Shown here: positions 8,615-21,000 of the stretch, piece by piece | Position numbering within the stretch: position 1 is the first letter of the stretch | How the letters are laid out: every line of letters begins with the position of its first letter | From: a virus | Lineage: Duplodnaviria > Caudoviricetes | IMG/VR virus record: IMGVR_UViG_3300045974_001005 | Location: 1-57,366 of that record | DNA: 57,366 nucleotides | Direction: 5' to 3' (one strand) | The notes under the pieces: generated by a model | The model's input: the letters and a program-made list of their open reading frames with translations, nothing else | Database searches by the model: none | What the model was told of the DNA's origin: nothing | Translations under genes and position numbers: made by a program

Positions 8615-9055
8615 ATGAAATTGTTTAAAAATTCGTTATTGGGACTTGGTTTGATTGCAATGAGCCCGTTTTGCTTGGCGCAAACCCCGGTTACCGCCAA
8701 CATACAAGGGACGCAACAATGCGTCAAAGTATACGGGGCAAAAGTCACTTTGCCAGACGGCACCAATGCCCGCGTCAAAACACGCAATGGTGAAATGGCC
8801 ACCATCACCGTTACGCCGGATGGTCGGGGCATCGGCATCACGCCATCTACGTTGGATACCAAACCGGGCCTTGTCAGGCTGGAAATTTTCAATATCACCA
8901 CTGACGCAGACAAAAAGCCTGTTGCCGTACATGCTGCATTTGTGAAAGTGGCTGAACAGGGCGAAGCAACTTATGCGCAGGGTAACCTGAGCTTTAAAAT
9001 CGAAATGTTGCCCGCAGCGCCTGCGATCAGTGGTGACAAGCAATGCAAAATATGA
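8615..9055 (+). CDS. Secreted beta-rich hypothetical protein
   Basis: SD GGAG before ATG 8615; signal peptide MKLFKNSLLGLGLIAMSPFCLA; lower GC than flanks. Confidence 0.75.
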   Translation: MKLFKNSLLGLGLIAMSPFCLAQTPVTANIQGTQQCVKVYGAKVTLPDGTNARVKTRNGEMATITVTPDGRGIGITPSTLDTKPGLVRLEIFNITTDADKKPVAVHAAFVKVAEQGEATYAQGNLSFKIEMLPAAPAISGDKQCKI

Positions 9056-9092
9056 GTTATTTAAAATATACCGCCGTGGGACGATACTGACC

Positions 9093-12000
9093 TCACTGCG
9101 CCAACTCCTTCCTCACCGCCAGCTTCAACGCCTTCGGCGCGGTGTGCTGCGTGCGCAAAATCACATCCTCCCGCATCGCCCGTACCCGCTTGGCCACACC
9201 CGGCATGTCAATTTTGATCGGAGTTTCCGGGTTTTTCCGATTCCAGTCATCGCGCCATGCCCTCGCTTCCCGCTGCATCGCCACATCCCCGCTGGCAATC
9301 CCTTGCGCCAAATGCTCGGCAATTTCGGTTGATCGCATCCGGGTTTGCGCAATCATGTTCAGTGCTTGCCCTTTTGCGTCCTGAATATTGGCCGTGCTGT
9401 TTGGCTGAAAACCGACCATTTTCATGATGCCTTCCAATGGCGTCACATCGTTGACCTTGTAGCCGCGTGCATCCTTGTACTGGCCGCTGGCCATCATGTC
9501 GGCCCCCTTGGCGAGGTTGCGCACCGATTGCGGCGATACATCAAGCGCCGCTCCCACCAGATCACCATCGAGCAACTTGCCAACACCGCTAAAGGCGCGT
9601 TTGGCAATGTCACCCGCAGGCCCAGCCAATTCGCCCAGGTCTTGGGTGTAAGACATTTTCTTGGTCAACAAACCCGTGGCCGGAATCAAATTGCCCATCC
9701 CCAGCCGTCCGGCTACGTCAATCGGCATGCCAGGCAAGCTGGATATGCCCTTGATGGCGAAGTCGGCACCGCTGCTTCCCAGCACGTCCGTGAAGAAGGC
9801 TTGCTTTTGGCGTTTGGTCGAAAAGTTGTAGCCCAGCCGTTGCAGCAGACCATCCATCAAGTCTTCCAGGTTCTTTTCAAACGGCAGGCCATCCATGCCC
9901 GACATCAGGAACAGCACCGCCAACATATATAAAGCGCCGCGTCGGCCCGCTGCCCGCTGCGGTGAACCGGGGCTACCTGCAAAGGCCATGCGGGACAGCA
10001 ATTCCACGTAGGCGATGCTGTACTGCTTGAACGTCATCAACAAGCCGCCCAAACTGGAGCGCGCCCAGCGCGGCTTGTTGCCGCTGTTGTACACGCCTTG
10101 CGTTTGTGCCACCGCTTGCCGTGCAAACCCTGCCGGGTTGGCGAAGCCTTCGGCCACGGCAGTGCGCCATGCGGCAATAAAGGTAATGCGCCGATTCGAT
10201 AGCTCGGCAATGGCAAACAATTTGCCCCAGCCCACCATAACCTTGGCAATGGCATTGTTCAACTGCGCCCGCGCATCGCCCAGCGCGGTGCCATCCCCCG
10301 ATTGTAACGCGCCGCGCCCCGCTGCCTGTGCTTGCAGGTAATGCACTTCTTGCGGTGCCACGATGCCTTCATCGCTGGCCCACTGCAAGGCCGCATCGAG
10401 TTTGGCATCCCCGGTTTCGTCTTTGCGCGCATCACGCACCGCTGTCATCAAGCGTTCGCTGGCCTTGGTGATCCCGCCAAACTGGCTCAGATAAGGCAAA
10501 GTCATGGTCAGCGGTTGGGTCAGGTTGACCATGGCGGATGCCACCGAGCCACCCAAAAACTGTGCAAACATCAAGCCGCCCAGCATGGTGCCGCCCGATT
10601 CCGGGTTGCGGATGTGTTCGCGCAATTGCATCGCGGCATCAATCAGTTGCCCTTGTTCCTTCGGTATGCTGGTGACGGCTTCATCAATTTCGCCCAGGTG
10701 GACATTGCCCGCCGTTAACCGTGCATTCGAGTACACGAACGACGCCAACACGCGTCCGGCGTCTTCAGAAAACCCGGCAATCCCCTTGCGCGTGATCATC
10801 CGCTTCAAGGCGCTGCGGTTGCTCTTGGCCAGTTGCAGGTATTTCTGGTAGACCTTGGTGCTGGCGGCATCGGTCTGAGTATCGAGCCCGACCATGCTGC
10901 CGAACAATTCAATCGTTTCCGGCGAAATGCCTGCAAACAGTTTATAAGCGTCTTCCGACAAAGTGCCTTGCGAAATCTCGGCGTCGGGATGGCTGGCGCG
11001 CATAGTGCGCGCCATTTTGGCCGCTTCCATCGCGGTTTCAAACAAGCCGAAATACAGTTGCTCGCCGTTTTCCTGCACATAGACGGCAAATCGGCCAAAG
11101 CGCGACAAGGGCGCATAGCCGCGTTGCATCAATTCCTGCGCACGTCCGGCCAGATTGGCGATGGTTTGCGCGGTTTGCAGGTGTCGCTTGGCGGGGCCAC
11201 TGTTGTCAGGCCCACCGCTGGCCTCAGCCAATTGCTGAAAGTGTTCCAACAACAAGGTGGTTGCCTCTTGCAAATTGGCGGTTTTCATCGCGGCGTCCAA
11301 CAGTGGCTTGGCATCCTTGCCGCCCATTTTCACCATTTCACTGATCGTTAAATTGGTCAGGCTCTTGTCAATGGCGGCGCGAAATTCCCGATACATGCCG
11401 ATTTGGGCCTCATTCAGGCGGAACAGGTCGCGCAGTTCGGCGTTTGTCCACACGATACCCGGCACCAGTTGCGAGTCGGCGAACTTTTTTTCTATCAAGG
11501 CGGTATAGCCCGCCTCGTTCATGCGCTGCCACACCCGGTTTTGCTCGGCATCGATGACTTGCTTTTGCATCAGGATATGGAGTTTTTCTTGCAGGCTCAA
11601 GCCTTCAGCCCGGCTTTCAAGCTCACTGATCTTGATCGCCTGACCATTGTCATCCCGCGTCCACAGCAAGGTGCCCTCAAAAATCGGCGCGGCAATGGCT
11701 TGGGTGTCCGCTGCCGTTAGCGGCTTTTTGCGCTTGCTGCCCAGGATGTCGCGCATGTTTTCCAATTTGGGCAGCAAGGTTGGTGCCTCATCTGCGGCCA
11801 CAACCGCATAGCGGGACACGTCGCCCAAAAAGCGCTGGATGGTGTGGTACACACGGGCAAAGGCGGGTTGGCGGCGCGCCAGATTGTCCATGGTGCCTAT
11901 CGTCTTGTGCCACCAGTTGAGTTTGCCGGACTGATTGAACAAATCGCCCACCACAAACCCGGCGGGCAATTGCAACTCTTGCACATTGTTGGCGGCATTG

Positions 12001-15000
12001 GCCAACGATTGGGACAATGAGTGCGCCAAGCCCCGGCTATACAGAATGTGTTCGGCCTGACCTATATTGGCGTGTAGCTCTGTGCCAATACGTCCCAATA
12101 GCGCTCGCCCATCTTCGCGGCTCTCGCTGCGTAAAACGGTACCTGTGATAGCTGCTCTTTTAATCGTTGCGCTTCCAATCGCCGCAGTCGTTGCAGTTCC
12201 TGATAACGCGGATCGTTGTCGTAGTCTGTCCGTAGCTCTTGCAGCCAGTTTTTGGAAGTCAATGTCTCCGAGCAATTCGCCCCGTTCTCCGGTAAAGTCG
12301 GCATATTCGGTGAGGTGGACATGGTTAATCTCTGGCAACAAGGAAGAAACATAATCATAAGATGCCTTGAGCATTTGCGCAAGATTGTGCTGATCCAGTC
12401 CCACCGCCCAGCTCAACCCTTTCATGCCTAGCCGCTTGGCAATCGGGCCTTTGGGATCGCGTTGCAATGCGTGTGGCCGGATATGATCGGTAGTGCCGAA
12501 TTTCATGGCGGTAGAAATCATGTTTTCCAGACGACGCATTTGCGCAACCTCGCTGAACCCGGCACTGTCGCCTTCCAATACCTTGCCGGTATTGAAGGCA
12601 TAATTGGCGACAGCGGCGTACAGCGCTGACCCACGCGAACTGCCCGATAGCAGGCGCGATGCATCGATTTGCAAGTCACGGCCAAATTCATAGACAAAGG
12701 CTTGCTTGCCATCTTCCATGGTGACCACCCATTGCTTGCTGGCCGTGGTGCGGGCTTTGGCATCGGTTTCCGGCAATGGCTGTACCTTGAACTTTGGCAT
12801 GATGTCATGCATCACGGCAATCAAATTGCGGGCGTGGGATACCGGATATTGATAGGCGTCTTCGTGCCCGGCGATGGTTTTCCAAAGGGATATCAGCCAG
12901 CTTGCTTGCTCGGCCTGGCTGAATGCAACGGCTGGTGTGACGCTTTGGGTCGCGCTTTGCTTTGTCCCCGTGTCAGATTGGGCCGGATGCTGCGCCGCCA
13001 GTTTTTGCGGTGCCCGTTGCAATGCGCGCTGCGCCGCATACACCAGATCATGCGCCGACATCATGCCCACCGCACGGAACCAGCGGGCACGCGCCAGCAG
13101 CGGCAAGCTTTGGCCAAGACTGCGGATGATGGAACGGAACCAGGCAATGACTTTTTGTGCAAACGATAATTCGGGGTTCGCTTCCAGGTAATACCCGAGA
13201 GCTTCTTCATTCATCGATTCCTTGCTGCTGCCCACCTGTTCGGCACGGGCGAACGCGGCTTGTACTTTGGGATTGCCGTTTTTCATGAGCGCAAAATAGT
13301 TCAGCAATTGCTTGAATTCGCGCGTGGCCCGTCCCAGGTGCAGCGCATGGTTGGCCAACTCGTGCAGCATCAAGCCATGCAAGGCGCTGCTACTGGCTTG
13401 CCTGCTGATCGCGTCGGCAATCAGATAGGTGACGCCATCTTGCGGATTGAAGAAGGCCACCGGCGCATAGGGTGCGGCTTGCGGCGCTTGGGCACCGTCG
13501 TCATGGCCTTGCAGCAGCGTTGACGCTTGATCGCTGTCGATCAGGCGCAGCTTGCCCGTTGCCAGCAAATTGCCAAGGAAGTCAGCACCGTAAGCATGCA
13601 GGCTCGATGACAGGGCCGGAATTAGCGATTGCACGGTGTGGGTAAGCCCAGCTTGGGCCAGCTCTGGCCGCGCCGCTTGCGACAATTTTGGACTTTCTTC
13701 AACGGCAGCATCGCCACTGTTGGCGGCGTCATCGATCAATGCCGCATGTTTGCCGGTCGATAGTTCGCTGATGACTTGATTCAAGCGCGCAAACTTGGTG
13801 TCAATCTGGTCTTGCTCGGGAAAACCGCTGCCTTTCTTGGCCAGCAGTTGCGGCAATTCATCATTGGCCTGCTGTAAGCGCGACTGCATCCATGTGATGG
13901 TGGATTCACCGCGCAATCTTTCCAAGTCTCGCAGCAAATAATCCAGTGCCCCGCGCATAATCGAGGTGTGGAAGTCGCCCGCGTCACGCTGTTCCATCCT
14001 GGTACTGGCCAAGGTGGAGCCGTCAAGGCGAAGCAAGCTCAAACTGGCGTAGTAAGCAAATTCGCCGCGCTCAATGCTGATGTCGAGCGGCAAACCCAAC
14101 AATTGCCCGACGATGACACTTTCTGACGCCTGCTTATTCAGGTTGGGAATTCGGGGCTTGATGTCTTCCCACATGGCGCGTGCGGCATCCGTGCGCCCGC
14201 CAAAGCGGCGCTGCCCGATCTCGCTGGCAAACGGGTTGGCATCACCCAAGGCATCGGAAATGGCACGCATTGCGCCATCGTCCGAAGTCAGGCGACGTTT
14301 TTCGACCGAAACAGAAAACTTGGCCTTGTCGTTGCCATTTTGCTGGCGCGCAATCGAGGCCAATACCGCTTGCTGGGCGGCATGGTGCTGGTCATATTCC
14401 ACACCTTCCACCACCACCCGGCGTGACTGCACATCGGCGAGCATGGCATTGAATCCGTTGAGAAGGGACAGTCTATCTTGTTCGGCCTGTTCAATTTGGC
14501 CAGGCAGGCGAGCAATATCGCGCTCGGCCTGTTCGATTTTGTCGGTCACGCCGCGTTGCTTGCGCAAATACTGGCGTTTTAACAGTTCCAGTTTGTCCAA
14601 TTCGCTCATCAACTTGACCCGCTCCAGCAACAGCGGATCACCCGACGCCAGCGCCGCCAATTCGGCCATGCTGACCGATTCCTCATCTTCAAATTCCATC
14701 ACGAAGGCACCGTCATATTTGCGGATGCCGTTGATGGTTTTGAGTTTGGCCGCGTTCAGGCTCCACATTTTGGCGTCAATGGTGCGTTCGGTGGCATAGG
14801 CCAGAATTTCGACTTCAAATTGGTCAACGCCATATTTTTCCAGCAAGCGATTGCCTTGCCGGATAATCCGGCCTTCGCGCTGTTCGATATCGCTGGGTTT
14901 CCAGGTCACATCGACATGATGCAAGGCCACCAGCCGTTGTTGTACATTGGTACCCGCACCCATGCGCGGGGTTGAGCCGATCAGGACGCGTACCGCGCCA

Positions 15001-18000
15001 TCGTTGACCGCATCAAACAGGGCTTGCTTTTGTTCGTCGGTATTGGCTTCCTGCACAAAACGGATTTCATGCGCGGGAATGCCTCGCGCCAGCAAATTGT
15101 CCTTAATCTGCTGGTAGGCATTCCAGCCGCCGTTCTGCGCATTGCGCAGCGCTTCAATTTCAATGGCATCAAAGGCATCAAGTTTGTCGCCAATGCGGCG
15201 CAAGGTGGATTCATCGGCATGTGCTTGCAATGCTCTGGTTTGTTCCTTGCGCAAGGCATCGTATTCGCGTATCAATGCGTTGTCGCCTTTGGATTTGGCG
15301 ACGGATCGATCCAGAAACACCAATTGCGTGCCCCGGTCGTCGTCCCACTTTTTGTAAATACGCGCCACTTCATCGGCCACTCTGTCGAGTTTGCCGCCTG
15401 TCTCAAGGCTGGGGTTGGTCGGTGCAACGGCGCGCACATCAAGCGACACCTTGCGCGCCCGATCCATCAATTTCAAGCGTTCCTTATTGCGTTCATAGGG
15501 GTCTTCGATTTCCGGCAGGCTGTCAAAGCCGTTGATGATGGCTCCCAATAGCTCAATCTGGGCGTCGGTCGGTTGAATGATCACCGATTGGCGGTCGCCA
15601 TGCATGACGCGGGGAATCGGGAAGGCGGCACCGTGATTGTCTTCCGCATAGGCGCGTTTGATGGCGTCGTTGTCCACCGAATCGGTAAAACTGTAATACA
15701 AGTCCATCAGCGAGCGCATGTTCGACCAGGTGCGGCCAAGGCGCACCACTTCGGCCAGGCGTCCGGTTTCATTCGGCTCCCATCCTGCATCCGCGCTCAC
15801 ATATTGGGCACGCCAGGCGTCAAAGTGCTCCAGCCCCAATTCTTTCAATTCATTCGCCGCCAGATAGCGCATCATGGTGTACATTTCCACCGCCGAATTG
15901 GAAATTGGCGTACCGGTCATGAACATCACGCCGCCCGTGGGCGATTCGCGCAGCACGCGCACCTTGTTATACAAGTCGAGTGCTTTTTGCGAACCGAGCT
16001 TGTTGTTCATGCCGCGCACGCCCGTCAATCGACTGGAATAAAACAGGTTCTTGAATTCGTGCGCTTCGTCAATCGTCAAGTGGTCGATGCCCAATTGTTC
16101 AAAGGTCAGCAATTTGTCTTTGCGGGTTTTGACCTTTTCCAGCCGATTCGTGATTTTTTCCACCAGCCGTTCGGCTTCCTTGACGCCAAACGGCTTGCGA
16201 AAGCCGGTGTGGCCATTGGCTTGGGCCTCGTCTTCGGCTTCTTTCACCGCATCCAGCGCCTGTTTCAGTTCAACCTGCAAAAACCGCTCTTCCGTTTCCG
16301 GGGCGATGCCAATAAACCCGAATGACGAATGGGCCATGATGATCAAGTCAAAATCACCCGTGGCAATTTTGGCAAACAGGCGACGCCTGCGCTCTTTTGA
16401 CATATCGTCTTTGCTGGCGGCCAAGACCTTGGCCCCCGGATATAGCCGATAAGCATCGGCAGTAAATTGCTCAATCATGTGGTTCGGTACCACAATCAAG
16501 GGCTTTTGCGACAGCCCCATGCGGCGGCGCTCCATCGCAATCGCAATCGAGGTATAGGTTTTACCCGCTCCTACCGCATGATCGAGCATCAAAAAGCGTT
16601 CATACACCCCACGCCAAATCGCGTTTTTTTGGTGGCGGCGCATTTTGGTGACGCTATCGGGCACTTTGCCGGGTAATACCAAGTGGGAACCATCGTATTG
16701 GCGGTTGACGCGGGTGTTGAACTTGTCGTTGAACAATTCCACCAATTGATTGCGCCGCTCGCTGTTGGCAAAGGCCCATTCTTCAAATTCCTTGGCGATG
16801 GCGCGCGCCTTGAGGTTGGCCAAATCGGTTTTTTCCCGATCCAGCACTGTCGCGCCATTCGATGCTTTGTAGGTGACGCTGATCGTGTCATTGTCCAATA
16901 ATGCTTCGATCAATTCAACCGAGGAATAGCCATCCGCGCTCCATTCATCTTCGTTGGCATTCACCCGCTTATTCTGATTGTCCAGAATCCGCACATGAAA
17001 TTGATTGCTCAGTTGCGAGAATGTCACTTTGGCCGCAACGCCGGAAATGTGAAAAATGAAATCCTCATAGGTGCGTGTCGGCACCCAGGTCGAACCGAGC
17101 AAGACCGTCACATCTTCGCTAGTCCACGGTTCAGGCTGTACCGTTTCCAAGGCCGCGATATTGGATTGCAACCCGGCAGCGCGAGCGGCATTCAATTTGC
17201 GCCGCACTTCTCCCGACAGGTAATCGTTGCGTGTTTCCCAGCGCTCGCTCTCGGGATCTTGAAAAATCAACGGTTTTTCTTGCTCCTGCACACGCTGCGC
17301 CAATTCGGGCTCGGTCATGCCCAGCAATTCGGCCAGGCGCGCCATATCGACCTTGCCTTGTTCGGCCAGGGTAATCGACAAGGCGTCGGCGAACGATTGC
17401 GCCGATGCCGGGGCAATATAGGGCACGATCACCCGGCGCGACAGGATCGGGGCCGGGTTGGCGCTGGATGGGCGGGCTTGATCACCGATTTTGGCGGCGC
17501 GTGCGCTTGAGATTGCCGGGCGATAGCCAAATTCCAGCGCCAGAATCAAGGCACCATCGGGCATATCGTTCAGCAGCGCGGCATTGGCCGGATCATTGAT
17601 CAAACCATGGTCGCTGGTAAATGCCCGGTATTGGCGGGCCAGGGACTGGCGATTTTGTTCCAACACGTCAGCAGGCGAGTTATCGGCTTCACGATTGAGT
17701 TGTTCCACCAACAAATCGCGTAACCCGACCAGCTTTTGCAAGCGTTCAAAGCGCGATTGGCCCAGCAATAGCGAGGCCGGGATGTCCGCTTCGGTCGCAT
17801 ACACCTTGCGCGCCACCACATTGCGGTTGATGGTCTTGTCGCCGCGCTTTTCCTTGACTGGCTTGCCATCATCGTCCAGCACCACCTCATTGCTATACCA
17901 GCGGCCAAGGGCATCCTGAAACAGCCTGTCAGACCATGGCGAGGCGGGCGAGAGAGTACGCTTGCTCAGTTCATGCCCGCCTTCCGGGGTTTCCCGTTCG

Positions 18001-21000
18001 ATCACTTGCACCAGCACGTTACCCGGTTCCAGACGCAACGCCCCTTGTTCATCGCCCGCCAAGGCGATGTGCAAAGCGGCGCTCATGTCCTGGTGGCGAG
18101 CAACGGCGGCGGTGATGGCGTCCGGGGTGGGTACGATTACAGCTTCGGGTACGTGCTGTATGGTGGCCTGTAATTGTTCGGCTAGGTCATGATGGCTTTC
18201 CAGGCGGACTGTCACATCACTTCTGAAGCCGGTTGGGCCTGTGCGCTCCATGACGCCGATAATCATGTGAGGATTGATGGTGAAGTATTGGTTGATTTCA
18301 ATCGGCTCGCCCCCCAACGGGTCAGCGATGGTCGCCAGGTCGATCCATGCAGGTACTTGTGAAGCCAGTGTTTGCCGTTCCTGTTCTTTCTCCATATTGG
18401 GATTACGCTTGGAGGCCAACGCGGCAAACGCTGCTGCCATATCGCTTTCTTCCTGCGAGGTAAAACGCTGCAAAAACAGGATATCGGTCACCACTTCGGT
18501 GCGCGCATTTTCTTTGAAGGCGGTATCGGGCAAGCGGATTGCCGCCAGCAGACGGGCCTTTTTGGCCAGCATGGTGCGTGAACTGTTGTCTTTTTTGTCG
18601 AGCAAATAACGCGACACGACTTGCACCAGCAAGCCGCCCGGTTTCACCGCATCGAGTGAGGCCAAAAAGAATTGATTGTGGATCGAGTGGCCGTTGAGTT
18701 CCGGCTTGAACTGGAAGCGTAGCGACTGGTCGCCAAACGGGGGATTGCCAATCGCCAAATCAAACGCATCGTCCGGCAGCGGGACTTTTTGAAAGCCAGT
18801 ATTGAGAATGGTTTCTTGCGGATACAGCTTGGCAGCAATGCGCGCCGTCAGACTATCGAGTTCCACCCCGATGAAGCGGGTATGGCCGTGCAAGGCTTTG
18901 GGCAATAAACCAATAAAGTTGCCGCTGCCACTGGATGGTTCCAGTACCAGACCACCCGCAAAGCCCAAGCGCTGCACCGCTTGCCACATGGCGCTGACCA
19001 CCGTTTGCGAAGTGTAATGGGCGTCCAGTGTCGAGCGGCGCGCTTGGGCATATTCCTTGGGCGTCAACAGTTGCGCCAACTCTGGCCCGCGTGTGGCCCA
19101 GGCTGGTTTGTATTCTCCCGTTTCCGGTGCCGGAAATGCATTGGCCAAGCCACCCCAACCGACATAGCGCGCCAGTTGGGCTTGTTCCATCGGTGAGGCA
19201 CGGCGGTTTTCCAGTTCAATGGTGCGCAAGGCACGGATGGCATTCAAATTGTCATTGAATTTGGCGACTTCGCCGCCTTGACCAAGATGAATATCATCGG
19301 TAATGCGAAAATTGATGGCCGGGATGGTACTGGCAACACGCGTATCGGCTTGGGCTATTGCACTTGCTGACGTGGCTTGCTCAACCCCACCTCTTGACGC
19401 CACTTCTGAACTTCGGCTTGGCGTTCTTGCAACTCTTCCAAGTCTTCCTGTCTCCAGCGCGCCTCCATCGCTTCCTCCTCCCGGCACAGGGCTTGAAACT
19501 CGGCTTCCTTCTCGGCCATTTCGTCTTCCAGTTCTTGCTCCCACAGCGGCATGTCGTCGTAAGGCACTTTCTCCGGTTCCAGCAGGATGTACTGTTTCAA
19601 TGCCACTTCTTCCGCTTCGTGCGCCCGGTAGGACTGGTGTTGCATCAGTTCCAGAATCAGGCGATTGGCGTTCACTGCTGCCACTTGCAGCGCTTGCTCG
19701 AATTCCCCCGCTTGCTTGAGTTCGCGGGTCTTCCTGGGGAGCCAGGTCTCCCAATGGTGGCGTGCTTTGGCGCGGAACAGGGGTATGCTCATTGGTTTCT
19801 CCTTTTGCGGGTGGTTCAGGCGATATGGTAGCCGAATTGTCGGTGGGTTCCGTGGCGGCTTGGTTTTGACCGGGCAGCGCGGCTTCAATGACCTTGCGCG
19901 GGCGGTCTTGTTGAATATTGCTATACCAATCGCTAGTGCCATCGGTAAAATAAATACGGTGTTGATTCACCTCCTTGATTACGCGTGTTTTACCATTGGC
20001 TATCAGGGTATCTCCCTCATCAAAGCCAATGCGTTCAGCGGCGACAAGATCGGCCTCCGAAGTCATGCCCTTGGTATTGAAATCGGGGAAATGGCGCACG
20101 CCTTCATAAAAGCTGCGCAGGAACGGTTGCACTTCCGGCCCCAGGTCGGCCAGCATGGCACGCGAGTATTTGGCAAAGGTGCGGGCACCGGCTTCAATAT
20201 GAAACCCGGCCAGCGTAATGCCAGCGGCCAGCAATTCCGGGTCAAATACGGCCATGTTGATTTGGCGCAGCTTGGCTTTCAGAATGGCGCGGGCCTGTTC
20301 GGCAAGGTTGGCGGTAAACAGTTTGTTGTCTTGTCCCCATACAGTGGTGGCTTCGTTGGCGGGGGCGGCGGGTTCGGTTGTGGCTGGCGCTGCGGGCTCG
20401 CTGGCTACCGCTGGCGCTTCGACTATCTGGCTTTGCGCTTGTGTATTTGCGGCGAGACGGCGCAATGCGGCTTGCGCATAGGTTCTGCCGATCCTGTCCA
20501 GAACATAATATTGTTGGCTTGCCTCATTGGCAAGGACATATTTTGGCACTGCGGATTTCGAGATATTCCTGATTTCTGTAAAGCCTTCAGCGATGCGGGC
20601 ATCAATCACTTCTTTGCCGCTGATCAAGGTATCGTCCTGCTTGCTGCGCCGGAACAGTTGCCTTGCCGCTTCCCGCTCGGCCATCTCATCGTCTTCCTGC
20701 TGGCGCTTGGCGATTCTCGTCGCTTCGGCGCGGGCATTGGCTGCGGCATCGCTTGCTTCGCTGATGCCTGCCCATGTTTTAAGGGCGTTCCAGGTGCCGT
20801 TCTGGGTTCGGGGCAATTTGACGCCAGTTGCCCATTCAAACGCCTTTTTGCCCTTGTTGTTCAAGCCATTGGCCAACCACTTGAGGGCATAAGCATCCTT
20901 GGCCAGCACGGCATCGGCAAATTTTTGATAAAACGCGAGCGGATTGTTTTTGATGCCGTCCTGCGCCAGCAATTGGGCGTAGTGCGCCATGATTTGGTCA

